From an archaeon (GTDB taxonomy: Archaea > Undinarchaeota > Undinarchaeia > Undinarchaeales > JBDRKL01): 64,000 nt of DNA. The notes under the pieces were generated by a model. That model worked only from the letters and a program-made list of their open reading frames with translations, had not been told where the DNA came from and did not search any database. Within the stretch, counting starts at the first letter, position 1. The number at the start of each line of letters is the position of its first letter. The stretch is taken from assembly GCA_043814055.1 (NCBI GenBank), contig JBDRKL010000004.1:80518-144517 (forward strand), written 5' to 3'. This document shows positions 9,406-18,934 of the stretch, piece by piece. Both the position numbers and the translations under genes were made by a program.

Positions 9406-9483
9406 GTTTTTTGGCAGTAGGACAGGAAAGTCATATCACTGAGCCCTGAGGAAATCATAACGCTTTCTGAGTCATTTTAGTTA

Positions 9484-9501
9484 TTTCGAAAATTTCCGAA
9501 A
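9484..9501. promoter_or_regulatory. Palindromic candidate operator at the promoter of the GbsR-like/ABC operon
   Basis: TTTCGAAAATTTCCGAAA, 8 of 9 pairs, immediately upstream of TATATAAA (9504-9511). Confidence 0.45.
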
Positions 9502-9533
9502 AGTATATAAATCACTATTTTCTACCTCTGCGC

Positions 9534-10025
9534 ATGGGAGAAAAGGAAGAGCTTGCTAACCTAAAGAAGGATGTAATCAACATATACTCCACAATCCCTG
9601 AAATGATGGGGATTAACCGCGCGCTTGGCGTTATATGGGCTACACTAGCTTTTGAGGGTTCATTGACGATGGCAGAGCTCTCGGAAAAAACCGGCTACTC
9701 GCTTTCAACTCTTAGCCCATACCTGAAAACGCTTGATTTAATTGGCCGCATAGAGATCCGCAAGGAGGGCAAAGTAACAAAGTACCAGGCTTTGACTTCT
9801 ATGCGCGAGATTATGGACAAAATGATGGCGTCAATTCAGCTGAAATTCTCAACCTGCATAGCTGCACTGAAACAGGCAGAAGCGCATCTCAATACAATGA
9901 AGAAAACCGAAGATGTTAAAAATACGCTTGAAGTAGTACGAAAGCTAAGAGAGGAGCAGGAAGGATGTTTTGATCATATGATGAAAAATCTTTCAAAAAT
10001 GCCAGAGGGATCAATAAATGGCTAA
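9534..10025 (+). CDS. GbsR/MarR family HTH regulator
   Basis: GINRALGVIWATL, LTMAELSEKTGYSLSTLS HTH. Confidence 0.85.
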   Translation: MGEKEELANLKKDVINIYSTIPEMMGINRALGVIWATLAFEGSLTMAELSEKTGYSLSTLSPYLKTLDLIGRIEIRKEGKVTKYQALTSMREIMDKMMASIQLKFSTCIAALKQAEAHLNTMKKTEDVKNTLEVVRKLREEQEGCFDHMMKNLSKMPEGSING

Positions 10026-10713
10026 GGAAAACATGTTTGAAATAAAGGACGTCTGCAAGACCTACATGATGGGTGATGTTGAGACCCGCGCAGTATGCAA
10101 CGTGTCTGTAAATATCACGAAGGGCGATTACACAGCAATAGTCGGCGCCAGCGGCTCAGGCAAGAGCACGCTGATGCACATGATTGGCTGCCTTGACACC
10201 CCAACCAGCGGAACCATACTCGTGGACGGCATTGACATCTCTGAAATGACCGAGGATGAACTAGCGCTGGTCCGCAGGGACAAAATCGGCTTTGTCTTCC
10301 AGTCATATAATCTTATAACAAGCTTCTCTGCGATAGAAAATGTCGCGCTCCCGCTCAGGTTCGCAGGAACCTCACGAGAAGCGGCTAACGCAAGGGCAGA
10401 AGATCTCCTTGAGAGTGTCGGTCTCGGCCACAGGATGAAGCACAGGCCGAACGAGATGTCCGGCGGGGAGCAGCAACGCGTTGCAATCGCCCGCGCAATA
10501 GTGAACGACCCTGATGTAATTCTCGCGGACGAGCCAACGGGAAACCTTGACTCAACAGTCGGGGCTCAAATTTTTGACCTTCTAGAGAACCTGAACAAGA
10601 AAGAAAAGAAGACATTAATCATAGTCACGCACGACGTGCACTTGGCCGAACGAATAGACAAGCAAATACGCCTAAAGGACGGTCAAATCATAAACAAGGG
10701 GGTTTCTATATGA
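10018..10713 (+). CDS. ABC transporter ATP-binding protein (LolD/MacB type)
   Basis: [33 protein letters not shown]. Confidence 0.95.
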   Translation: MAKENMFEIKDVCKTYMMGDVETRAVCNVSVNITKGDYTAIVGASGSGKSTLMHMIGCLDTPTSGTILVDGIDISEMTEDELALVRRDKIGFVFQSYNLITSFSAIENVALPLRFAGTSREAANARAEDLLESVGLGHRMKHRPNEMSGGEQQRVAIARAIVNDPDVILADEPTGNLDSTVGAQIFDLLENLNKKEKKTLIIVTHDVHLAERIDKQIRLKDGQIINKGVSI

Positions 10714-11861
10714 AGAAATTTTTGGTTTTAGCAATTGCATTAATGATGCTGGTGTCGGTAAGCGCTGTTTCAGCAGCCGAGGCTGACCTTAGGTTGTCCG
10801 GAGAAATTCCGGACGGCGCAGTCCAGCCAGGGGACAGTTTTACCCTGCGTTTGGTCTTTGATAACATTGGCACAACCGGAGCCACGAGCATTGACTATGA
10901 GATAATTGCCGGCTCTGCCATATCTGGGTATTCAACTGGGCACAGTGAAATCGGCGGCGTCCCTGCGGGAGAATCTCGAATAGTTAAAGTGCCGCTTACA
11001 GTTGCAAGCGATGCGAGCACTGGCGCCCACCCGCTAACCGTCAAGGTTAGGTACGGCGGCGGTTCAAACTCGCCGTTACAGGAAGAGTTCACTGTGCAGG
11101 TTGGCAACCGTGCTGACTTATATCTGCAGAACATCTGGCTTGAGCCCGAAGTTTTTGAGCCAGGTTCAGATGTAACACTTTACGCAAGCTTCAAGAACGT
11201 TGGCGAGGACGCTGCAAGAAAAGTCTCTGCAGTGATTGTGGCGAACTCAACTGACATAAAGCCAGTCCTATCCGGCGGCGAGGCGTATGTGGACATAATA
11301 GGCAAGGGTAGCACAAAGGCGCTTCCTTTCACAATAGCTGCAGAGAGTGGAACCAGCACCGGAATGTACGATGCCACCATAACCGTGAACTACGAGGACT
11401 CAACAGGAGTATCAGCTAGCGAAGAGTTTGACATAGGAATTCCTGTTTCCGGAACTCCAAGCCTGGAAATCCTAAACACCAAGATAGAAACAGGCGAGTA
11501 CAAGATTGAGGTGCAGAACCTCGGAACTTCAAAGGCAAAAGCAATCAAGGTAACCCTGCGCCAGGACGGCCAGATTGTCGGCGTTGACATTGAGAACGAG
11601 ATAAAAGCTGACAAGAAGAGCACTTTCCGCTTTACAGCCTACACTGCGGGTGTTGGTGAAGTGACAATGGAGTACCTTGACGAAGAGAATCGCGAATACA
11701 GCGAGACGATTCCTGTTTCAATCAGCGGCTCTGCAAGCGGAGGCTCAGGTGCCAGTGGTATAATTTTCTTCCTAATTGCTGTTGTTGAAGGAATATACAT
11801 CTACAAGCTGAGAAAGAAGCTCAAGAAACAGAATAAGCAGGAAAAACAGCAGAAGAAGTAA
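10710..11861 (+). CDS. COG1361-like S-layer/CARDB domain protein
   Basis: Signal peptide, Ig-like repeats, C-terminal TM and basic tail; typical partner of archaeal MacB-type ABC operons. Confidence 0.8.
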   Translation: MKKFLVLAIALMMLVSVSAVSAAEADLRLSGEIPDGAVQPGDSFTLRLVFDNIGTTGATSIDYEIIAGSAISGYSTGHSEIGGVPAGESRIVKVPLTVASDASTGAHPLTVKVRYGGGSNSPLQEEFTVQVGNRADLYLQNIWLEPEVFEPGSDVTLYASFKNVGEDAARKVSAVIVANSTDIKPVLSGGEAYVDIIGKGSTKALPFTIAAESGTSTGMYDATITVNYEDSTGVSASEEFDIGIPVSGTPSLEILNTKIETGEYKIEVQNLGTSKAKAIKVTLRQDGQIVGVDIENEIKADKKSTFRFTAYTAGVGEVTMEYLDEENREYSETIPVSISGSASGGSGASGIIFFLIAVVEGIYIYKLRKKLKKQNKQEKQQKK

Positions 11862-11867
11862 AACAAG

Positions 11868-12971
11868 ATGCTTGACCTTGCCCTTAGGGACCTAACCAGC
11901 CACAAGCTTAGAAGCTTTCTGACCGTCCTAGGTGTAATCATAGCAATTGCCGCCATAGTGTCCCTGGGCTCTTTCACTGCCGGAATAAACGAGCTTGTTC
12001 AGGGTCAGGCTGAGATGGTATCTGGAAAGATATTGCTCACCCAAGAGGGGGCTAGTACTATGCAAGGTCCTCCTTCTGGCGAGATAACAACAGACGATTT
12101 GGACGAAATCCGGCAGATGGACGGTGTTGACGCTGTTGCAGGTCTATTTCTCAAGCAGTCCGGCCAGCGAATGCTGGTCGGCGTTGACTTTGACAATATG
12201 GAACTCCTTGAGATGGACGAGATAAAAATGGAGGAGGGGGATTGGCCAGAGGCTGGAGATTACAAAATTGCTGTTGGCCACACGGTTTCTGAAACCTCCA
12301 ATCTTGGAATAGGAGACACGGTCAAGTTTGAGGATACCGAGCTTGAGGTCTCTGGAATTGTGGAAGAGCTCGGCACATTCATAGACCTGGGCATGATAAC
12401 TTCTTTAGAAATCGCGCAGGAAGCTTTTGATGCCAAAGATGTGGTGACAATGGCTTACGTGAAGCCGAATGACATTTCAGACGTTGAGAGCATAGTTGAG
12501 GATATTGAAGAGGAGTTTTCAACAATTAACGCAGGAACAGTTGAGGAAGAGATAGAGAAGGCGCAGGAGGGGATAAGGCAGATACAGCTCATAACACTCA
12601 GCATCGGCTTTATCACTTCGCTCGTAGCGGCAATCGGAATCATAAACACGATGTTCATGTCAATCACTGAGAAGACCAAGCAAATAGGCATAATGAAAGC
12701 AGTTGGCGCCAGCCACAGGGACATAATCATGGATGTTCTCCAGCAGGCGCTTCTGATGTCATTTTTCGGCGGGTTCGTTGGAGTTATGATTGGTTTAATA
12801 GGCACAGCTGGCGTGAACGCGGCAATGGGAATGCCGCTCGCGCGCGTGACTTGGTCTTTAGCGCTCTACAGTTTCTCTTACGGCGTGGTCCTTACGCTCG
12901 GCTCTGCGCTCTACCCAGCAATTAAAGCATCCAAAATTGACCCAATCAAGGCAATACAGGGTGGTGCCTGA
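11868..12971 (+). CDS. ABC transporter permease (MacB/FtsX family)
   Basis: RSFLTVLGVIIAI, EKTKQIGIMKAVGA, IDPIKAI. Confidence 0.93.
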   Translation: MLDLALRDLTSHKLRSFLTVLGVIIAIAAIVSLGSFTAGINELVQGQAEMVSGKILLTQEGASTMQGPPSGEITTDDLDEIRQMDGVDAVAGLFLKQSGQRMLVGVDFDNMELLEMDEIKMEEGDWPEAGDYKIAVGHTVSETSNLGIGDTVKFEDTELEVSGIVEELGTFIDLGMITSLEIAQEAFDAKDVVTMAYVKPNDISDVESIVEDIEEEFSTINAGTVEEEIEKAQEGIRQIQLITLSIGFITSLVAAIGIINTMFMSITEKTKQIGIMKAVGASHRDIIMDVLQQALLMSFFGGFVGVMIGLIGTAGVNAAMGMPLARVTWSLALYSFSYGVVLTLGSALYPAIKASKIDPIKAIQGGA

Positions 12972-14083
12972 TGATTCTGGACTCTACCCGCTCCGAGCTC
13001 ACGCGGAACAAAACCAGGACAATGCTCACAATAACTGGCATAGTAATTGGCATTTTGCTCATCACCACAATGGCCTCGCTCACTGAGGGAATCAAAGTCT
13101 CGCTTGACGAAAATATGGGCTTCCTTGAGGGTACAATAACAATAGTTGAGGACGCGGAAGGTATGAGCTTTATGAATTTTGTTATGATGAGCGAGCTGGA
13201 TGAAGACATTGTTGAGGAGCTTGAGGCATATGGCGAGATTGAGCAGGTGGCGCCAGTGCTTGTTGTAACCACTAGCGAAGGTACTGTCCAGGGTATGAAC
13301 TGGGGTGATATGAATATGTTTGATGGCTTTGACATCGGTTTCCAATCCGGTGGGCCATATGAAGATGATTCCAATGAAATAATAATTGGAAGCATGATTT
13401 ACGAGAACTATGACTATGACGTTGGTGATATCATCCGATTCTCTGGCGAGAATTTTGAAATAGTTGGAGTCCTGGAATCTGTTGGGAATCCACAGGACGA
13501 CAGTTCAGTGATGACCTCTGTTAAAACCGCTCAGAGAATAGGGGGCAAGGAAGGTATTCTAACTGCGGTAATGGCGAAAGTTTCCGACCCTGAGGAGGCC
13601 GAAAGCATAGCAGAGAAGATAGAAGAGGACTTTGACGATGTAATCGCGCTGGTTGACAAGGACATTCAGCGCGAAGCTGGGAAGATGCTCGCGCAGATAA
13701 ACGCAATGATTTACTCAATCGGCGGCATCGCATCCATGATTTCAATAATAGTCATAATGAACGTGATGTTCATGAGCGTCCGCGAGCGCACACGCGAAAT
13801 CGGAACTATGAAAGCCATCGGAGCCACAAACCGGCAGATTCTTCTTGAAATAATGGGCGAAGCAATAATCATGGGTTTCATAGGCGGCTTGATTGGGCTT
13901 GGCCTAAGTTTCCTGGCTGTAATGGCAGTGAACGCAGCGATTGGCAGCCAGATGGCGCTCATATCACCTCGGCTTGCAGCAATGTCAATCAGCTTCGCCT
14001 GCGTCATAGGTCTTATTGGAGGCGCGCTTCCTGCGAGGCAGGCGGCCAGGCTTGACCCGATTGTGGCGCTAAGATACGAATAA
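12971..14083 (+). CDS. ABC transporter permease (MacB/FtsX family)
   Basis: RTMLTITGIVIG, ERTREIGTMKAIGA, LDPIVALRYE. Confidence 0.93.
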   Translation: MILDSTRSELTRNKTRTMLTITGIVIGILLITTMASLTEGIKVSLDENMGFLEGTITIVEDAEGMSFMNFVMMSELDEDIVEELEAYGEIEQVAPVLVVTTSEGTVQGMNWGDMNMFDGFDIGFQSGGPYEDDSNEIIIGSMIYENYDYDVGDIIRFSGENFEIVGVLESVGNPQDDSSVMTSVKTAQRIGGKEGILTAVMAKVSDPEEAESIAEKIEEDFDDVIALVDKDIQREAGKMLAQINAMIYSIGGIASMISIIVIMNVMFMSVRERTREIGTMKAIGATNRQILLEIMGEAIIMGFIGGLIGLGLSFLAVMAVNAAIGSQMALISPRLAAMSISFACVIGLIGGALPARQAARLDPIVALRYE

Positions 14084-14132
14084 AAACTTATTTAAAGCGC
14101 GGTTCTCTAGCTTTCTCAAGGAGGTAATTAAA

Positions 14133-14468
14133 ATGACAGATTTACCAAATGCACCAATTAAGAGGATTATGAACAAGGCAGGCGCAGAGAGAATGTCAGC
14201 AAGCGCAGTTGTGAAAGCAGCAGAGGCAGCCGAATCATACCTTGCAGACCTTGCAAAGCAGGCACTGGACAACGCAGCAAACGACAGGCCGGCACGCAAG
14301 ACCATCATGGACAAGGACATTGACGCCGCGCGCGAAGCACTCAGGAGCGGGGCAAGCTTCTCAGCACCAGTTCCATCAGAGCCAGTTGCAGAAGAGAGCT
14401 CAGAGCCAGCAGCTGAAGCATCAGCAGAATCTTCAGAATCCGCAACAGAAGAGAGCACGAGCTTCTAA
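14133..14468 (+). CDS. Archaeal histone-fold protein with acidic C-terminal tail
   Basis: LPNAPIKRIM...AERMS...RKTIMDKDI histone fold plus 38-aa E/S/A-rich extension; GGAGG RBS. Confidence 0.88.
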   Translation: MTDLPNAPIKRIMNKAGAERMSASAVVKAAEAAESYLADLAKQALDNAANDRPARKTIMDKDIDAAREALRSGASFSAPVPSEPVAEESSEPAAEASAESSESATEESTSF

Positions 14469-14521
14469 GAAATTTTTTAATTCGGGAATTTATGCCTAGC
14501 GTGAGCTGAGGGCTTATTTTG

Positions 14522-15277
14522 CTAGTCTATTTTCCCAAGCATCCTGAGAACCCCGCCTAGCTCGCCTGCAGTCGGGGTATATGAGCGTACGCAGTCAATC
14601 GCGCAGAGCGCGCCTGTGAAGAAGGATTTCCGCAGTTCATCCATAAGTTCCTCAATTTCAAGTTTGTCCTTATCAGACCGCGTTATTGAGTGAACATATT
14701 TACGTGTGCAGTTTTTTATTTCATCAAGCATTTCAGTAGAATTGTCTGGTTTTGGGGTTTTGCCAAGTTTAGCGCCTGCCTCTTCTACCAACCCTTTAAG
14801 TTTCGTGGTTTCTGCGTTGTCCACATTTGAATCCTTCAGTATCTTTATAGCTGCAAACACTCCCCCTATAAAAAACCTGTTGTTCCTCGCGCGCCTTTTG
14901 TCTAAAAGCACGCTGATTATCGCCTCTTCTACTAGCATGAGCTTTTTGACGCCTTTCTCTGCCTTCATCTCTTCCAGCTGCTTTACCATTTCCTGATGCT
15001 TTTTTACCTCCTTCTCCCCGTCCGCAACATCAAGATAGAATGCAAGGCTGTAATGCTCACTCCTCAGTATTTTTCTCGCCTCTTCGCACGCTTTCTGGAG
15101 GCTCTCCGCTCTGCCTCTAGTTTCGCCTATCCTTTTGTCCATCTTACGGAGCTCTTCCCGTATTACTAATACCCAAGCCAGATTCTCCTTTAGGCTCTGC
15201 TTGCTGTCAATAAATATCCTGTTCGCAATAGCATATTGGCCTTCAAGCTGCCTGAATAAGTCGCCTGCGTTGGTCAT
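14522..15277 (-). CDS. Hypothetical helical/coiled-coil protein
   Basis: 251-aa ORF filling the gap; no recognised motif. Confidence 0.65.
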   Translation of the reverse strand: MTNAGDLFRQLEGQYAIANRIFIDSKQSLKENLAWVLVIREELRKMDKRIGETRGRAESLQKACEEARKILRSEHYSLAFYLDVADGEKEVKKHQEMVKQLEEMKAEKGVKKLMLVEEAIISVLLDKRRARNNRFFIGGVFAAIKILKDSNVDNAETTKLKGLVEEAGAKLGKTPKPDNSTEMLDEIKNCTRKYVHSITRSDKDKLEIEELMDELRKSFFTGALCAIDCVRSYTPTAGELGGVLRMLGKID

Positions 15278-15357
15278 AAATTATACGTGTATTCCCCTGC
15301 CTATAAACTTTCCCCAAAGTTTAATTATTTGAAGAACTTATTCTTCTTTAATGAAAG

Positions 15358-15475
15358 CTCCGCCTGGCCGCGGAGGTGGGCCACGTCGGGGGATGCTCGC
15401 TTCAGCACGCAGCTCGTGCTGAGGCATGCGCTGCGTGTCTCTGCATGCTGGCGCATGCAGATCACTCGATCCCCC
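15358..15475 (-). repeat. Multi-hairpin repeat element
   Basis: Terminal hairpin CTCCGCCTGGCCGCGGAG 15358-75 (reverse complement of 32213-30); nested stems GGGGGAT/ATCCCCC, TCAGCACG/CGTGCTGA, CTGCATGC/GCATGCAG. Confidence 0.75.
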
Positions 15476-15505
15476 ATATTGAGAAAAACATGAAAGCACC
15501 AAACA

Positions 15506-15565
15506 CTCCGCCTGGCCGCGGAGGATGGCGTCAGGGGCATTCGCTCCTTTCAGTCGCGAAGCCCC
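15506..15565 (-). repeat. Multi-hairpin repeat element (type B) flanked by duplicated nre start
   Basis: CTCCGCCTGGCCGCGGAG 15506-23; GGGGC-TTCGC...GCGAA-T-GCCCC hairpin on minus strand; ATGAAAGCACCAAA at 15490-15503 and 15579-15592. Confidence 0.8.
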
Positions 15566-15578
15566 AATAGAGGTTTAG

Positions 15579-16781
15579 ATGAAAGCACCAAATATGTGTA
15601 TAGCCTGCAAAGGCGCAAGAGCCCTATGCGGCAACGAACGCTGTCCCCTACTCGCAAGAGTAAATGTCACGCCAAAGCTCACAGGCAGAATTGGAACCGA
15701 CTTCTTCGGCCCGTCCCCCAGCGTTTTCGTGGGCAGAATAGGCTACCCAAATCTCTATATGGGTCCGCTCGCGACTTTTCAGGAAGAAGAAAACCCTGAG
15801 CTTATGGACACGCCGAGCTCCTGGATGAATATGAGCTATGACAAGATTGTTGAAATGCGCTCAATGCTCATCCGCTCCAAGTCAGTGCAGAACATTTTCT
15901 CAAAATCAAGATTCATTGAAGAGAACCAGGAGCTTGCGCTCGCTGAGCGGCCGACTGATGTTGAGCTGAACTTCTCCCGCGAGCCAACCTACAAGGTCTC
16001 TTTCTCTGACGTGCATCAGCCAATGGGCCCGTCAGCTCCGCTAGAAAAAATGAAAATCACCGAGAACGTGAAGATAAACCGCAAAGTAGACCGCATAGTT
16101 TCAGACGACTTGAAAGCGAACGAGTCAGTGCTCAACCTCTACGACATTGATGTTGACGTTTACAAAATCACCACAATCCTCAGCTCAGGCGCGCTCGGCC
16201 TGGAGCAAAACCAGAAGCTCGTTCCTACAAGATGGAGCATAACCGCTACGGACGATATGGTCGCAAAGAATCTCATTGAGCAGGTCAAGGACTTCAAGAG
16301 CGTGAGTGAGTTCAACGTGTTTGAGTTTGAATACCTCAGCAACCACTTCTGCATACTCGCAATGCCTGGCAACTGGGAGTTTGAGAACTTTGAGGCCTGG
16401 GCGCCGGGCTCGTTCTGGAGCCAGGGTTTGAAGAATACTGCGATTACTGAAGAATACGAATCCTTTGAAGGCCGCAAGAAATACGCAACAGAGCAGGGTG
16501 GCGGCTACTACGCTGCGCGCCTAGGGGTTGTGGAAGGGCTCAGCGAGCTCAAGCGGCAGGCAAGAATTGTTTCGTTCAGGGAAATTTATGAAGGCTACAC
16601 AGTTCCTCTTGGCGTTTGGGTAGTTAGAGAAGCTGCTCGGAACGCTATGCGCCAGCTGCCTGTGAAATTCACAACCCTAAAAGAAGCGCTTGCGCACATC
16701 AACTCAAGAATGCGAATTGACACGAGTGATTATTTCTCAAAGAGCAGGATTCTGAGGCAGAAGCGGCTTACTGAGTATTAA
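15579..16781 (+). CDS. nreA: Nre family DNA repair protein
   Basis: N-terminal CxxCKG..LCG..RCP, LVPTRWSITATD, C-terminal PIP box QKRLTEY. Confidence 0.92.
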   Translation: MKAPNMCIACKGARALCGNERCPLLARVNVTPKLTGRIGTDFFGPSPSVFVGRIGYPNLYMGPLATFQEEENPELMDTPSSWMNMSYDKIVEMRSMLIRSKSVQNIFSKSRFIEENQELALAERPTDVELNFSREPTYKVSFSDVHQPMGPSAPLEKMKITENVKINRKVDRIVSDDLKANESVLNLYDIDVDVYKITTILSSGALGLEQNQKLVPTRWSITATDDMVAKNLIEQVKDFKSVSEFNVFEFEYLSNHFCILAMPGNWEFENFEAWAPGSFWSQGLKNTAITEEYESFEGRKKYATEQGGGYYAARLGVVEGLSELKRQARIVSFREIYEGYTVPLGVWVVREAARNAMRQLPVKFTTLKEALAHINSRMRIDTSDYFSKSRILRQKRLTEY

Positions 16782-17137
16782 ACAAAAGGCCAAACACTGT
16801 ATGAGTACATCCCAGCAATAACTATAATCGCAGCCGCGACTATGTAATTTCCTAAAAAGTATATCACGTACGCAAGCCAGTCTGGCTTCATATTCTTCTT
16901 CAGTCTGTGCAGCTCGTACTCCTCCATCGCTGAGACCATTATGAACGCGCCGTAGGCGAGCAGGAAGAATCCAATCACGTTCGTGTAATAAAGCAGCGTA
17001 CCCCCTGCAAATAGGACCATAATGCCGTTCGCTATCGCGCCCTTGTAAGTGAACTTTTCCCGCGTAGCCCAGCCGATTAGCAGAATCATTATTGCCTGGG
17101 CCATTGTTGCAACAATTGACGGCTCTACATACACCAT
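16778..17137 (-). CDS. Hypothetical membrane protein
   Basis: 119 aa with about 4 hydrophobic segments. Confidence 0.65.
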   Translation of the reverse strand: MVYVEPSIVATMAQAIMILLIGWATREKFTYKGAIANGIMVLFAGGTLLYYTNVIGFFLLAYGAFIMVSAMEEYELHRLKKNMKPDWLAYVIYFLGNYIVAAAIIVIAGMYSYSVWPFV

Positions 17138-17168
17138 AAAAAAGCATATGGGAACGTCCTTTATATAA

Positions 17169-18353
17169 TTATTTTGAGCAGTGAATGCTGATTACGTCCC
17201 CGCTCTTCAGTTCATAGTCAGCCCCGACCTTCTTCTTTGTCCGCGCGTCAATTCCGCAAACGAAATTCTTGCCAATATCCGTGTGAATCTTGTAAGCGAA
17301 CTCGCGAGCAGTTGTGCCTTTCGGAATCAAATGCGCATCCGGAAGCACGCAGCCTTTCTTGTCCTCATACTTGTTCTCGTCCTCAACAGGGTAAACCACA
17401 ATCAGGTTGAGCATTTCAAAAACCGCCTTGTCAATTGCTTTCTGAACTCCTGTGCCATTAAACTTCTTCAAGACCTTTTCCTTGATAAACTCAAGCGCTT
17501 TCTTCTGCGCTTCCTCAACATCCCCTATTATTTCAAAATCATCACTGCCTGGGTCATATTTTAAAATTCCTTTCTCAGCAGCGCGTCTTAGCGCGAGCTC
17601 GGAATCAGCTGAGGTTGGAATCGCGCCCTCCAGGTTCGGCAGGAATTTCTCAGCCTCTGGAATGTCGCACTTGTTCGCGCAAATGAGAATCTGCTTTGAA
17701 AACTCTCTCAGTTTTGTTGCAAACCTTTTCAAATCATCATCATTCCAGTCAGATGGCTTTTCAATATCCAAACCAAGCTCTCTCACAGCAGAACCAATAT
17801 AATGCTCCTTAACTTTCAATCCACTAAATCTTTCAACAAGAGCTTTCATCACCTCGCCTTTCTCCATCTGCAGTTTCCGCGCGAAAGCTTCCCAGTCCTT
17901 CTTGATTAGCGCAAGGAACCACAAATCTAATTCGTTTTCAAGGAACGTGATGTCCTCCTCGGGGTTATGCTCTCCTGGACTGCACGGCTTGCCCTCAGAA
18001 TCTGTTGAGCCAGATGCGTCAATCACGTGAATCAGCGCATCTGCTTGCCTCAAATCATCCAAGAATTTATTCCCAAGCCCTTTGCCCTCGTGCGCCCCTG
18101 GGACTAATCCGGCAACGTCAAGCATCTCAATCGGGATGTAACGTGTTCCATCCCTGCATTCAGAGTTGTTCGGGTTGCACTCAACGCCGAATTCCTTGCA
18201 CGGGCATGGCGCCCTGACGTAAGCTATGCCGCGGTTAGGCTCAATGGTTGTAAAAGGGTAATTCGCAATCTCTGCAGTGGCAAGTGTCGCGGCGTTCAGG
18301 AAAGTGCTTTTGCCGCAGTTCGGTTTTCCGACTATGCCTAATAGTTTTGCCAT
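17169..18353 (-). CDS. ychF: Obg-family translation-associated GTPase/ATPase (YchF-like) with TGS domain
   Basis: GKPNCGKST, NYPFTTI, DVAGLV, ANKCD, C-terminal TGS. Confidence 0.93.
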   Translation of the reverse strand: MAKLLGIVGKPNCGKSTFLNAATLATAEIANYPFTTIEPNRGIAYVRAPCPCKEFGVECNPNNSECRDGTRYIPIEMLDVAGLVPGAHEGKGLGNKFLDDLRQADALIHVIDASGSTDSEGKPCSPGEHNPEEDITFLENELDLWFLALIKKDWEAFARKLQMEKGEVMKALVERFSGLKVKEHYIGSAVRELGLDIEKPSDWNDDDLKRFATKLREFSKQILICANKCDIPEAEKFLPNLEGAIPTSADSELALRRAAEKGILKYDPGSDDFEIIGDVEEAQKKALEFIKEKVLKKFNGTGVQKAIDKAVFEMLNLIVVYPVEDENKYEDKKGCVLPDAHLIPKGTTAREFAYKIHTDIGKNFVCGIDARTKKKVGADYELKSGDVISIHCSK

Positions 18354-18399
18354 CTCACCACAACCTATTTATGCAAATTCCCTATATTATACCTTTGCA

Positions 18400-18903
18400 A
18401 TGAAATCACCTATATGCGGGCTCTGCGCGAGTATGGAATCGCTGTGCAGCTCCTGCCAGGGGAAGGTGGACTCCGGTGAGGCAACGCTGGCTGATGTTGA
18501 GCTAGCGCGCGCTTTGACCCAGCTCGCCCACAACATTCCGCCTCTGGACAAGGCCGAGTTCAAGCGCGCTGTTTCTGTTGACAATGTTATGCTCGTTACT
18601 GTGCCGAAGGGCACTGCAGGCCAGATGATTGGCCGTGGCGGAACTTTCGTGAAGGAAATTTCAAGCAGGCTCGGCAAGCAGGTCAAGGTGCTTGAGGAGA
18701 CCAATGACCACCGCGAAATAATGCAGAAAGTCCTGTTCCCGGCGCGCTGCCTTGGCGTGAACGTGGTATATGGAGCGCGCGGCAAGGACGGGTTCAAGAT
18801 CCGGGTTGCAAAGACTGACCGCGTAAAAGTGGACAACCCAGAGTCGTATGAGAAGCTCTTCAGCCAAGTGCTGGGAAAAGAGACTAAGATTAGTTTTGAA
18901 TAG
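18400..18903 (+). CDS. NusA-like KH-domain protein with N-terminal Zn motif
   Basis: MKSPICGLC..LCSSC, MIGRGG KH motif; ATG 18400 inferred. Confidence 0.8.
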   Translation: MKSPICGLCASMESLCSSCQGKVDSGEATLADVELARALTQLAHNIPPLDKAEFKRAVSVDNVMLVTVPKGTAGQMIGRGGTFVKEISSRLGKQVKVLEETNDHREIMQKVLFPARCLGVNVVYGARGKDGFKIRVAKTDRVKVDNPESYEKLFSQVLGKETKISFE

Positions 18904-18934
18904 GTTTATTTATGTTGAAGGTTAAGTAATTCTT

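Noticed and set aside
9420-9472. Possible second C/D sRNA (CTGA-GCC-CTGAGGA-14 nt-CTGA)
   Set aside because: No recognisable box C upstream and no terminal stem; insufficient support
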